Notes: generated by a model not told the origin, from the sequence alone. Positions 1-12,420 are shown, numbered from the whole stretch's first letter. The stretch is DNA of 62,330 nt, filler included, from 10 parts of 10 records of this genome joined end to end with filler, not necessarily neighbours in it; one strand, 5' to 3'. Numbers and translations: made by a program.

Positions 1-1
1 T

Positions 2-3000
2 TGCGTGCTGAGCACTGTTGGCGTTGTTTGTGGATACGCTCACCTGTACCAAGCTCAGGTCAACCAAGTTCACAGTCACGCCGGAGCCGTCTGACGTCCC
101 GTCTGCCCCGGATCCTTTGTTGCCGACAAGGTCAACTATGGTCGACACCTGCACTTCAATCATCTGACCGTTGCTTTCCGTTGCGGCACCCACGGTGAAT
201 GTAGCTGTGCAAGTAGTATCCGCGCAGTCTGCCTCCATCGCATGGCCAGCCAATTGCACCACAGGATCACGAATGCGCTCGGACGTGATCAGAGTTAGCG
301 TCACAATACTGCCGTCGAACGCTACGCTTGGATGATCTACTGCGCTGGACCTCAAACTTACAGAATCCAGAAGCGGAGCAATTGTATCAATCAAAACTGG
401 TGTGCCCGAAAACACAACACCCGTCGATGAGCCGTACCCACACACATCAAGGTCGATTGAATCTGTCGTCTCGCCATTGTAACACACACCACGAGCCGAT
501 GACCACCCACGGTCGCCGACGAGGCATCCACAGCCATCAAATACACGGCCAGCACAGTGACCGTCCGAACTGGGACTGAATTGAATCAAGCAGCTTTCAG
601 TGGTATCGTCACATGCGCAGTCGGTCCCTCGCATTGGTTCACAGGTCGATGCGGTGCAGTCAGGAGAACTACCATCGGCGTCGTGGGCCCGAGACACCAC
701 CGCTGCATTACCAGACATGTCGATGCAACGGACACTAAACCCCGCGAGGCCTTGCTCAAGGCCAACGGTTTTGCTAGTCTTGACCCACGATACTTCATCG
801 TAGCAGGATCGACGCGAGCCCCCACTTCGTAGTTCCCAATGCCACGCATGGCCGTTTGACCAGCCGTCATAAGTGCAGCCAGAGCAATCGGAGAGATGGT
901 CGCAAGCTTCCTGGCACTCATCAAGGGTCGGAAACCCTCGGCAGTGTTGAGAGCACCCCCGCAAGGTTGTATCTTCGTAAGGGCCTTTGTATTCGCGAAG
1001 TGTGGTAGAACCTTGCGCATTAATCTGAAACTGAGCAGTATACGCATGCGTGGTATCGCTGGACTGGACAGCTGGAACTGACACTCCATGCAGCACGACA
1101 TCACAGGCAGATCCAACGGCTTCTGACGACGAAAAAGACAGTGTGACGATGGATCCGCTCACACCCACAGCAGTGACATCTGTAGCCAGGCCGTCGATAG
1201 GCACAGCCGGTGTGGCGACTGTATCCGTCGTGTACGACAGGATGGTGATATCGGGAGGGGTGATGTCTACGTTAACGCTCGTCGAGCTGTCGAGGTCGGT
1301 GATAGATGCACCGATATTGCCGGCCTGGTCACTGTATCCACTGATTGAGAATGTGGCACTACCATCGTCATTCACAGCGTGTGATTGTCCGACTTGGATT
1401 GTGTACGAGCAAGCGCATGTCCAAGTGGTTTCATCACAGACGAGGTCCACGTGCTGCCCGAGAATTGTCGTCGTGCCGGTTTCAACAATTCGCTCTGATG
1501 TGAAGATCTGCAGCGTGATAGTATCTCCATACGTCGCGGGCGCTCCGGTCGAAGTCAATGCAATCGAAGTGACTCGTGGAGCCTCGGTGTCTATCACCAC
1601 GTCCCGACTGAGGTGGTAGGCATCTACCCCTGAATTGCCTAACACGTCGTGATAAGCGCCAAACCTCACAGCAACAATTCCATTCCGATCATCGCTATCA
1701 ACGATGTGCGACGAGTGACAGGTCGAACTTACGCTGCTGCTTATGCAACTAACTGGCAGCGAAGAAACTAGCGACGACTGGCTTGGCCCTCCAAGCAGCA
1801 GGGTCAGCGGTGCAATCTGTGCATACGAGGGCAGGCGTCCGCCATTCGGATCTCGATGGTACAGCATGTTGATGTCGTCCGCAGAAAGACCGCGCTTGAA
1901 GAAAGCGACTTCATCAAGTCTTCCATTGAAGTGCGTGTCCACCTTTCCGATATGATAATCATCAGCGATTTCAACCGAAGGAGCTGCCGTTGCAGGAAGT
2001 CCAACCAACTCACCGTTCTTTGCAAATAAGTACTGCCCGCCCGACTTCGTCCACGTAATGTAAACCCACTCGCGTACATTTTCCTGGAAAAAATCACGCA
2101 TTTCACCGTTGTATCGCTCCATGCCGTCGCTTGTGCAGCTGTCCCAAGATAAACCTCCTGTTGCTCTGTTGAAGAAAAGAGACGGCGATCTACCAGGACA
2201 TATCCCTGTTGTCTGACGTCCTACGATGCCCTGCATCACGCTGCCGCTGGTGAGGGAATCCACAGAAACCCACATGGAGACCGCAAAGTCAGCATCCGGA
2301 TCGCTCCATGGAGCCGGCACGGACAGATAGTCATCGGTGCCATCCAGTTCAACACTATCATTGTATGAGCCTGCCACCATGTTGTAATTGTCGTTCGTGA
2401 ACCCATGAGCCACGTTTGTTGGGCGGTAGCAAGCTTCACGGGCACATGGAGCGTCAAAGAGCGCGCAGTATCCGTGTGATTTGGCGCCTGTCCAGAGTCC
2501 AAATGATAAACAGCGCTCATCCTCAACGCAAGCCGCCTCACAAAGCTCCACAGTTTCTTTGCCATTGGGCCATTCTGAGATTCTATTGCCACAGTTACAG
2601 TTTCCATCCGCGGTCTGCTCAGATGTGACACCGGATAGACCGTGGGCGCTGCCGTACCCATCGTGGGAGGACAACACTCCTGTGGCTTGCCAGGAGTGTA
2701 CTGCTTTAGCAGATGAAAAATCATAGAATGCAGCGGGCCACACGCGCCCAACGAGAGACAATGGTGGAGAGATCACTATGCTGATTGCGATTTCATCGCC
2801 CGCTTTCACAGCGCGTCGACCAGAAGTGGAGGCCACATCGAGCGACACGACTGTAGGACCGCTCAAATCGATCGCAGCTGCGTCTTCCGTGCTGCCAAAG
2901 TCCGACCCTATATTTCCTGCCTCATCTTCGTATTCCGAAACTGACCAGGCGATCGGCCCCTCTTCGATGACCCCAGATCCAGTAGGAACCCACACGTGAT

Positions 3001-6000
3001 CGGAAGTGGGTCCCGAGCAACCACATATTTGGTTGTTCCAGTTCTGATTGCAACCGTTCTGACGCACGTCCTGCCTCGCATGAGCTCCATCCAGGTTGCA
3101 AGAGCTATCGGTGTTATCCTGTGCATGCATGCATAGGCGCCCTTGTGACTCACAAAATTCGTTGCAGGTCGTGCCTCGAGTATAGACGTGGGCATCGCAG
3201 ACTTCGGCTCTGCTGTGCTCTGAGAAACTGATGGTACTGTGCCATGCAGAGTCATCAATGCTGGGGCACAGCGAGCCGCCGAGTGTATCCAACTGATGGC
3301 ACGGATCACGGTGGTCGTCTTCTTCCACACCAAAGCCGAAGCCACCTCTCGACACATCCGGGTCCACAATGAGCACCGCATCGCAGGATAATCCAACACA
3401 TCTCGGACTGCATAAAACACCCGCGATTCGTACCAACGGCAGGCGTACAATTGGCTCTGAGATGGCGAATGCCAGGGTGACAGTAGCCCAGGGACCTGCA
3501 ACCGTGGTGCCATTGAGCAGAGGGCCAGCCAACACGTTGCCGGTGGCTGATAGCTCGGCTGCAGTGATCTGTGGAGCAGAGGAGTCCAGGAATGCAATTT
3601 CAGTCCCAGCGATCTCTGTTCCGTCATCGTCCTGCTCTCGCCACGCTTCCACGTTGAAGTCGACCCCTTGAGGTATCGCAACTGTGATCGTGACTGCTGG
3701 CACACACATGTGTGCAGCTGGCTGTGCTGTTGCTGCTGACATTGCGCCAATGGCTAGAGCTGTTCCTGTCAGCGCCGTCCACTCATTTCTATCCTGGTGG
3801 GCATGAGCAGCTGCAACGATGCATACAGCAGGGATTTTCCAGCTACTGGACGCTCCTGCTGCACCGCTTGCACACTCGTTCTCGACTGTCTGCAGGGCCA
3901 CATCTTGGAACTGGCTGAGCCCGTCGAAGGCACTGAAGAACACCAAGCCCTGGCTAGGTTTCGTGTCAACAACATCCAGCCTCAGATATTCGATGGGATC
4001 CGTTGCCTGCAGGCGCCTACGAGAGCCGCCATCGCGTGTGACCAGCAGCCATGCTTCTCCCTCTTGGCTCACAGTAACTCTCGCCTGATCGACGGGCAAA
4101 TCTGGGGCAACAACCACGTTGATATCTCCAAAATCATTGGCAATTCTCATTGTCACAGAGGCATCTGAGAGGTTCTCAAGATTTACGACACCGGTGAAAT
4201 TCCCTGCCAATCGTCTATCACAGAGCTCTTCTCGGGACGGGATGTCATATGCACAAGTGCGCAAGTCGGCATCTTCTGTCTGCTCACCAGGGCTGCAAAT
4301 TCCCAATTCAGACGACCACCCATACTGATGATCGTGGCGAGCATCATCTGACGCAGCGGCTAGTGTCATACACCCACATGCATCGTACACACGCCCTGCA
4401 CAGGCGACGCTTTCGCACTCCGAAGTCACACCGTTGCAAAAACAGTCCCTTGACCAATCAGCGAGGCACCATTGCGGCAGCTGTCGGCAGCCATGCACAC
4501 CACCGAGCGAATCGTCCGCCTGGTGCGCGTACCCGCCAGGACTGACTGTGATGCAGCTACCATCGGTGGTCGAGTCCACCATGTCCCCTGCATTGCCTGC
4601 TAGATCGACGAAAGACGCAATTTCGATTGGCAAGCACAGGCCTGTGCCTACAAGACCGTCGATGTCTGCTGCAGTGAGATTCCTAGAGTACGTGCACTGA
4701 TACCGGTCGGGCAAATCCACCCGGTTCGCAGGACATGAGAAGTAGCTGCTTCCCACCCTCGATACACTGCTTACCCTCGTCCACGACGCTCCCTCAGCTC
4801 CACATTCGGCTGGCAATTTTACGTCAAGCTCTTGCCATCCGTCACAGCAGTATTCGAAGCCCAAGCTCTCCCATTCGTAGTTGCCTGCTTCCTCGATCCT
4901 TTCCTCAAAATAGATCCATCCCCAGACGTCTCTCGACCAGGAAGTGCAACCGCCTGGACTCTGCGGCTCACCAGCCTTACGGAAGCAGCTTACACCTCCG
5001 TGGCCCCAGTCGGCATGAAAACGAAACCTGTACGTCCCAGTGTGGCCCGACAGCACCTGGAACGGCATCTGATAATGAAATGCGATGTTGCGGACGTCCT
5101 CCCCGCACTGCGCGTAGTTGCCCCAGTCTCGGCCATAGTCAAGGGTGCGGCTGCAATATCCTGCGCCACCAGGGTCGGCCGCATTGAACGCAGCCAACGC
5201 GTCCTCGTAGTCATCGGCAGGATCGCTGTCGCCCTTTAGGCTGAAACCGCCCACACGTGGCCGTGTCTCGTACTGGATATCTTGGAAGATTATTGCGGTC
5301 TCACCTGCAGTCACGCTTACAGGCTCACACGATCCTGCAGTATCCCCGCCGCTGATACGAACGTCGACAGGCTCCGTCAGCGTCACACACATACTTGGGG
5401 CAACCAACTCCGTCTCATCCGCTCCTGCCTCTGGATCTGATTGACAGAGGCCGTTGCCAGGGCAATCCTCGTCTGTCGAGCAGGGAGACCCGACCGACAA
5501 AACACAGGACTCCGAATATAGCGGCTCACTAAACACCACTGTGACTGTTGCGGGGGTGCCGACGACTGCTGCCCCATCACCAGTGGCGTACACATTCCAG
5601 CGACAGCGGCTCTCCCACCCAGAAACGAAATCCAAGCCGTCCACGCAGATGCAATCGTTGCTGCGTCCGCCGTCACTGGTGTACAAGCCGTCTGAGGAAA
5701 CCCAGCCCATTGGATTGCCATAGCTAAATGCATCGTGTCCGAGCTCTGCGCATATTGCAGAGCAGTCTTCGATTGTCGGTGTCTGGTCCTCTTTGTACTG
5801 CGTGCCCGTGTACCGACCAGGAGTACACTCGTGTACGACGCTCCAGTCACCTGGATTGTATGGGGCTGAGACTTCTACAGAAATCACTGAGGGGCTCTCA
5901 AGCTCAACGGCGACAGCCCTGTCCGAGAACCTCTCAACTTTTCCTGGGTTCCGCCCAGCATCCTCGTATCCTGAGACAACCACATCCACCAACCCAACTG

Positions 6001-8982
6001 CATCACCTGGTAGGACGGTGTGCCTCGCTTCACACTCCATCCCACTGCAAGTAACCGTGGCACTCCCCCCAGCAAGCGTCACAGTAGGGAAGACAGTCAG
6101 CTGCTCAGAGGACTCAAACGTTAGGACAAGCACAGACCCTACGCCCGCCACAGTCGTGTAGACGGGCCGTCCATCGTTGCAGTCCCGATCGGTCCGCTCA
6201 GCCTGCAGGAGCATGTTCGATAGCACAGGCGGACTTATGTCGAAGCAGCGTTCCGGTCGGGCGCCCGGTTGCTCGCCCGACAGGCACGTTTTGCCAGACG
6301 GGCACTCTCCACAGTCCAGTGGATTGCCACACCCATCTGTCTGCTCACCACATACGAGTGGCTGAGAGTCGCACGTCCAGGGTTCGCATACACAAGCGTT
6401 GGCCTCGCATCGCTGTGAGCCAGGGCAGGGTCCACAATCCAGGGTTCCTCCACAATTGTCGTCCATGGCGCCACATGCGAGTCCGCAGGTCGTTGCTGTC
6501 AGCGGTGTGCAGGCTTCTGTGCACCCCACATCTGTGCTTGCAGTCCCAGGAGACGATTCTAGTATAGTAAAGCCTGGGTTGCACTCGGAATGCGGAGTAC
6601 AGCTCGTGGCAGTGCTACTGTCGCTAGCCTGAAAATGCCCGTCTTCGCAGGCGCTGCACTGACGGTCATCTGCCGAGGTGCAGTCCGCCGATGCGTACTG
6701 CCCAGCGCCACAAGTGCGACAAGAAGCACACTGGCGCCCGAGAAAATCGGCCTCCGATTGGAATTGACCAGTGGCACAGGTCGCACACTCGGTGTCGCTG
6801 GTAGCTGTTGCGGCACGTACTACGTATTGTCCTCTGGCACACGAAGACGGCGTTGAGCACTCTGAGCCAGAAAAGGCGTCAGATTCTTGGTGCTGGCCAG
6901 GGTCACAGGCTTCGCACACCGAGTCTCTTTCAGCTGTACACTGCGCTGTCATCTTCGTGCCAGCAGGACAAGCGCTACGGCACACACTGCAGGTTGCACT
7001 GTCCTCAGTGCTGAACTTTCCATTCGGGCAGTCGCTGCAAGTTGCATCCTCGTGATGCGAGCAGGCAGACGCGAGCACCTTGCCTGCGCCGCACGGAGTG
7101 CAAGCGGTGCATGACGCTGCGCCCTCAGCTGCCACAGCCTGCGTCTGGAACTTCCCTGCGGGGCAGTCTTGGCAGCGTGCGTCGGATGTGGCTGTGCACG
7201 GCTGGAGCAGAAACTGACCAGCTTCACAAATGCTGCAAGTCTGACACCCGGCGCCCGTAAACGCCTCCTCGAGTTGAAACTTGCCCACAGGGCAAGCCTC
7301 GCAGGTACTTTGCGTGCCGCCTGCCGCACTGCAGAAGCACATCCGTCGTGCCCCGTGGGAAGCAGCATCACAGTTGAAGCCTCGTGGATCCCTGGTGCCT
7401 TCGGGATGGTAACAGGAGCAAGCGAAGTCGTTGCTGTCTGAGCATGCAAGGTACGGCGCCCAGTCGGCTGTGCTGGGAGAGGAGCGACCACTGTCGCATT
7501 CGACTGCGTTGAATCGATCTCCCCCGCCCTCGAACCGCCAGTTTCTATCGCCGCCTATCTCCATGCGAATATCCGGCGTACGTCCGTGGTCGTAATCTCT
7601 GGGCGTGGTAGCACGGAGGTAGTAGCGATGCGCGCCTTTGTTCCTGCCCTGCCGAGACGCTGCTGGGGAAAGGAGCTGGAGCAGCCCTTCCTCTGAGTTC
7701 ATATCGGCCTGGTTCGCGTGAGTAGCAGCCGGCGAGCAGGTCATGCCGTAGTGACCACAGGTGGTGGCGCAGGACTCGCCCAGTCCACCGAGAATCCAGC
7801 CACCGTCAGTGCCGTGCGCTGGCAGGGCGCTGTCGGAGGAGTAGGTACACGCATAGTCTTGGAGCCCGTCGACAAAAGCGTAGAATGTACCGTGTCCATT
7901 GCCACCATTGCCCATGATTTCGATCGTTCCCGCTGCGAAAGTTCGCGAAAACACGCGCCCTGGGCTCCGCGCAGAGTGGTGGTAATTTCCGTACTGCCCT
8001 CTGAAGGTGGTGCCCTCCATCGCAGTTTCATGGACCCACTGCGAGGTAGGGGCCAGCAGCCATCTGGGGTAGTGGTCATCGTAGCCCCAGACATCGAGAT
8101 AAATCGTCACCGGAACATCTACGGTGAGTGTCCACATCACGCTGTCCGCTGGCGTGTTCTTGTCGCTGTTCGGAGGCTGCACAAAGTGCATGCTCGTGCC
8201 CGCAAACGAGCCCATGCTGGTGAAATGGTAGCTGCGGTCGGTAAAGGGTCGCTCGCGAAGAGCTGGCGGAGCTGAGAGCATTTTGATATCGCGTCCGCTG
8301 CTGGCCTGCGCCGTCACGCACGTCTGGCCTGAAGTGCTGTCTGGCGAGTGCACCAAGAAAGTTCCCGGTCCGCAGCCGCGCGACAGGACCCCGCCTGCCG
8401 CTGCTGCTGCCGGGCCCACTTTCCCGCCCAGCCGACACTGCCGGGCCTCGTCGACGCGGAAGCCCGCCGTGCTGCCGCCCTCGTAGTTGATGGACACGTC
8501 GCGTGTCTGGTGGTCGTACTTGCACTCGTCCGGCGCGCCGGTGCACGCGCCGCCGCTACCGAAGCTCGGGCACTTGTTGATCCCCCAGTACACCGCGTCG
8601 TTGTCGCCCGGCGGCACGCCGGCCTCGCGCGTGAGGCAGCCGCACGCGTCAAAGACGCGGCCACGTGCGCACTTGAAGGAGTGGCAGAAGTGGGTGGTGC
8701 TCGGGCAGTAGCAGTCCACGTCCCAGTCTGGCACACCGCCACTGCCGTACCTGCAGCGTCCAGTCAAACACCCATTGCCACGTACCTCAGCAGGCTGGGA
8801 GCGAGCGAGAGAGGGAGGGAGGGAGGGAGACGGAGAGGGGGATCGCACATGATCGCTGCGTTGGAGGCCGCCCGGTCCACCAGCAGGCTGAGCAAGAGCG
8901 CAGCAGCCAGTGGCAGTGCAGCAGGTTGCCGTCTGCGTGGTCTGCAGCAGCTGCAGCCGGTGGCTCCAGCCCGCAAGGCCAT
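2..8982 (-). CDS. Giant secreted mosaic protein, >2,960 aa, 3'-truncated by the window edge. Order: signal peptide, Cys module, bacterial-type beta domain, TNFR-like Cys repeats, myxobacterial-type Cys repeats, then >=7 Ig-like repeats carrying inserted CCXG-like, LamG and PAN-like domains
   Basis: Exon 1 8982-8849 (MALRAG...LAAALLLSLLVDRAASNAAI), intron 8848-8751 (GTGCG...TTTGAC...CTGCAG), exon 2 8750-2. Manual translation showed no stop, and the ORF track lists no ORF in this minus frame over 8.7 kb, as expected for an edge-truncated open frame. Motifs read: DTEAPRVTSIALTS..GDTITLQIFTSE..YSDQAGN; SLGFEYCCDG; LDGTDDYLSVP..FNGRLDEVAFFKRGLS; C..CP.GKFQ repeats. Confidence 0.88.
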
Positions 8983-9269
8983 GGTGCCTCCCGCCCTGGC
9001 CCCCTCCCTGGCTGCCCGCCTGGCTGCGGTTGGCTGGCTCAGGCGTCAGCGCGCTCCGTAGTGCAGTGCTGTGTAGTGCCGTCCTGTCCTGTCGGCACGC
9101 GGGGAAGCTGCGCCGCCGCGCGCGCACACCAGCTGGTGCGCATATCCGATATCGGTGAGGCGTACCCTGCATTCGAATGTTCTGGTGTAGGATCCTAGAG
9201 GATTATCGCTAATTCTCGAATCGTACTGTAGGATCCTACGTACGGCAACCGCGCTCGAAATTGTACGGC

Positions 9270-9369
9270 NNNNNNNNNNNNNNNNNNNNNNNNNNNNNNN
9301 NNNNNNNNNNNNNTTAATTAATTAANNNNNNNNNNNNNNNNNNNNNNNNNNNNNNNNNNNNNNNNNNNN
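9270..9369. other. Artificial contig spacer
   Basis: 44 N + TTAATTAATTAA (stops in all six frames) + 44 N; identical at nine positions. Confidence 0.98.
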
Positions 9370-9388
9370 CTGTTGAATCGAGATGGCA

Positions 9389-12355
9389 TTACTGTGCTAA
9401 GAAAAGCGACTTCAGCACCTCGGACGCGGGCTTGTTCTGGGGTGTGTAGCTGTCGTCCGAGCTGCCGCCCGCGTCCGGATCCGTCCGCCAGAGCCACAAA
9501 TACACCCCGTTGAACCAATCGTGCGGGTACAGCGCGTTTATCCTACGTGCATCAAGCGCGGGATTTTGATAATTGCAGGCCAAAGCTCACAGCGTCTGAC
9601 TCAAATCTAAAATGGTAGCAGATTCTACTCCATGCAACAGAGTGGTGCCCACGCACAGCCCCTCATACGCGCGCGCCTGGGCCAGTAGGTTCACGCAATT
9701 TGGCGTCGAGCTGCAATCGACCGGGTCTAGCTCGACATCGTTCAGTCCACGAATCCAGGCATAATTACGACTCTGGTAGCCCACCTCCGTGCACGTGACT
9801 GTCTTGCCTGTGATCTTCGTAATGTTCTCCAGTTTCTTGACAGTCGGTTGCCATCCCGCAACGATCTCCTCCGCGCTTGCAACCGACCAAAAGTGTGAAA
9901 GTGCGTTCAGGTCTGTGTAGATGGGCCAGTCTGCATACGCAAATCCGGATAGCGTGTCAGCAGCCCCGTCGACAGCTCAAGTCCAGGTGCGAGACGCACA
10001 ACAGTCCAAACCAATGAAATCGAGCTCATCGATCCAAGGGATACCATTCCTGTCCATGTCACTGAAGAAGGGATTTCCGTTGAACGCCACGGAAACGTTG
10101 CCACTGTAAGTTGTGCGCACTCGTCTTATCAAGCTGCGCCAAGAGGCCTCATTATTCGCGTTTGTGAGCATGGTGTGCAGCTCGTGGCCGACGTGGAACG
10201 CGTCTACGCCAGTCTCCTCTGCAAGCTTTGCATAGTCGATAATTATGGATCCGTATGCATTAAACCACTCTTTGATCTGCGCGGCACTCCAACCACTTCC
10301 CCACGTTCCTGTCCTCGACACACTCGCATACATGAATCGAGTCAACGGAAGCACAGCAGGCATACCATCAGTCATTCTCACCTCTCCCAGCTCCACCGCC
10401 AGCCAGACTTTTGTCTTTCAACGTTTTCCCGGAAGAGGCGTTCCACCATGGCAACATTGAAAAGTCAGGGTCGAACATCGGGGACAGCGAGGTTTTCATG
10501 CCAAGACGCTTCGCAGCAGCAATACCCACTCTGAGCTCATCGTCGGTATCAGTGGCGAGAGCATTAGGCAGTTTTGTCTGCTGCCCTCGGTACATTGTGA
10601 TCGAGTTCGTCTGCTTCCAGTCTGTCGGGAAAAACCAAGTTGGAATAAACTCCACGCTGTTGATACCATGGGACTTAGCGCTAGCAAGAGAAGCCTCGGC
10701 AGCGGCGGAGCTCAGGCGGGAAGAGTTGCGCGGGTCTTCAAAACTGGTCCATTCACCGCTGCCGACGACGATGCCGTTTTCTTTGGACGGCCACGGGCCA
10801 CCATTCAGCGACACGTGGCTGCGGTGCGTGGCACGCTTGCCTGCGTACGCTGCTGCATTAGGCGCGGCCAGGATTGTCCCCTGGTGCTGTGCGAATCTCT
10901 TCATCTCGTTGGCGGCCGGTTTGCCTTGAGGCGTGAATGACATGTCGTTGACTCCGCCAGAGGACGGATCGGACCGCCACATCCACCACAAAACACTGAT
11001 TGCATCACAACAAACTGTTCAGGAACTTTCGGGCCGGGAACTGTTCTGACAAACCTAGCTTGTGCGAAATGGAAGTATTGTTCTGGTTTCTCACCCAGCA
11101 AACCAGCTGTCCTCGCGGTCGGTTGCTGATTCAAACGCTTGATAAAAGGCCTCGTAGGCTAGCCGCTGGTCTTCCATGCTGTAGCACTTCATGTAGACGC
11201 TGCAATCGCCAGGGTTGAATCTCGGAGAGCCAGCGGGAGAGAAATACGACCGGGGTCGTGACTGGAAGCCAAGTTCCGTAGCCAAGACTGGCTTACCGAG
11301 AGTTGTCGAAATGTTTTTAAGCCAAACAATGTAGCCAGACCATGCTGAGGCGAGCGTCGCGAGCGTCGGTGGCTCTTGTGCGGGAAGCGGCAAAGCGCCG
11401 TACTCGCGCAAGCCGTTGTACATGTCGAACCCCAGAATGTCGACCGCATCGCTCCAGGGGATGACGATATTGGCGTTCGCCGCAACGGCCAGCTTGCCGT
11501 GATACACTGCTCGCACCTGTGTGGTGAGCTTGCGCCAGCGGCCGGCATTCGTCTTGTGCAGCATGGCCGCCGAGAGCTCTGCAGCGACGATCAGGACCTC
11601 AGCTCCGTGCTTCTCTGCGAGCGCCGCGTTGGCCAGCATCATTGATGAATACGAGGCGAACCAACTGTCCCACTGCCGCTCAGTGAAGAACCTGCCGATG
11701 GACCCTCGTCCTTGCTTCGGAAGGTCGCCTGAATCGTGGCAGTGAGCAGGCCGTGGAGCCTCTGGGTCAGGCTTGCCGCTGCGCCAAAGCAAGCACTCGG
11801 CTCCCGGATAACCTGCCCGCAACACACCGGGTAGCGCGTAGTTTGGGTCGAGCAGTGGTCCTAGGATCACCTTTGCTCCAAGCGACCGAGTCAGCTCTAT
11901 TGTATGCCCAATATGTGCATCTGACTCTGTCGCGAAAGGCCCAGCGCTGGAGCTGTTCTTGTTGCGATAAACCACTGTGCTGTTCGCACCATCCGTGTAC
12001 CAGGTTGGGATCAGACGGATCGTGCTCGCACCGCTTACAATGGCGGCACGCAGTGACGCATCAGCGGGTGCGCTGCCGAGCGGGGCATCGACACTGGACC
12101 ACTCGCCACCGCCAAACACGACGCCGTGGTACCTGCTCCAGGGAATAACGCAGGACCGTGACGGAGCAGCGTGCAGTGGGTCACGCAATTACCAGGCACA
12201 CCTCGCTCGTGATTGAAGTGGTTGAGAGAGTGCGTTGGGTGGAGTGCGTACGTCCAGGGTGGCGCAGCAGCTGATACACTGCGTAACGGCGGCGGTAGCA
12301 GTAGCAGCAGCAGCAGCACTGCACCAAGCAGTGTCGTCGGGGCCAGCATCCGCAT
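9389..12355 (-). CDS. Secreted glycoside hydrolase with two tandem GH113-like (clan GH-A TIM barrel) domains, ~830 aa, 6 exons
   Basis: Exons 12355-12252, 12132-11095, 10995-10382, 10308-10000, 9930-9657, 9542-9389, joined by GT-AG introns in consistent phase. Leu-rich signal peptide. Each domain shows WF.SY/AY...A.LAE..G, acid/base Glu (AAEL / GHEL), D..G.D.Y, nucleophile TELGFQS / TEVGYQS and W.WR.DP..GG..D.S.TPQ.KPA. Confidence 0.85.
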
Positions 12356-12420
12356 TCCACGCCGCACGGACGCGCCGGTCAGCTCGGGTCCCTCAACGTG
12401 CGCCAGACGTGTCGATCAGA

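Noticed and set aside
1-8750. The dozens of short ORFs listed on both strands in this interval
   Set aside because: They are shadow frames of the single giant minus-strand CDS.
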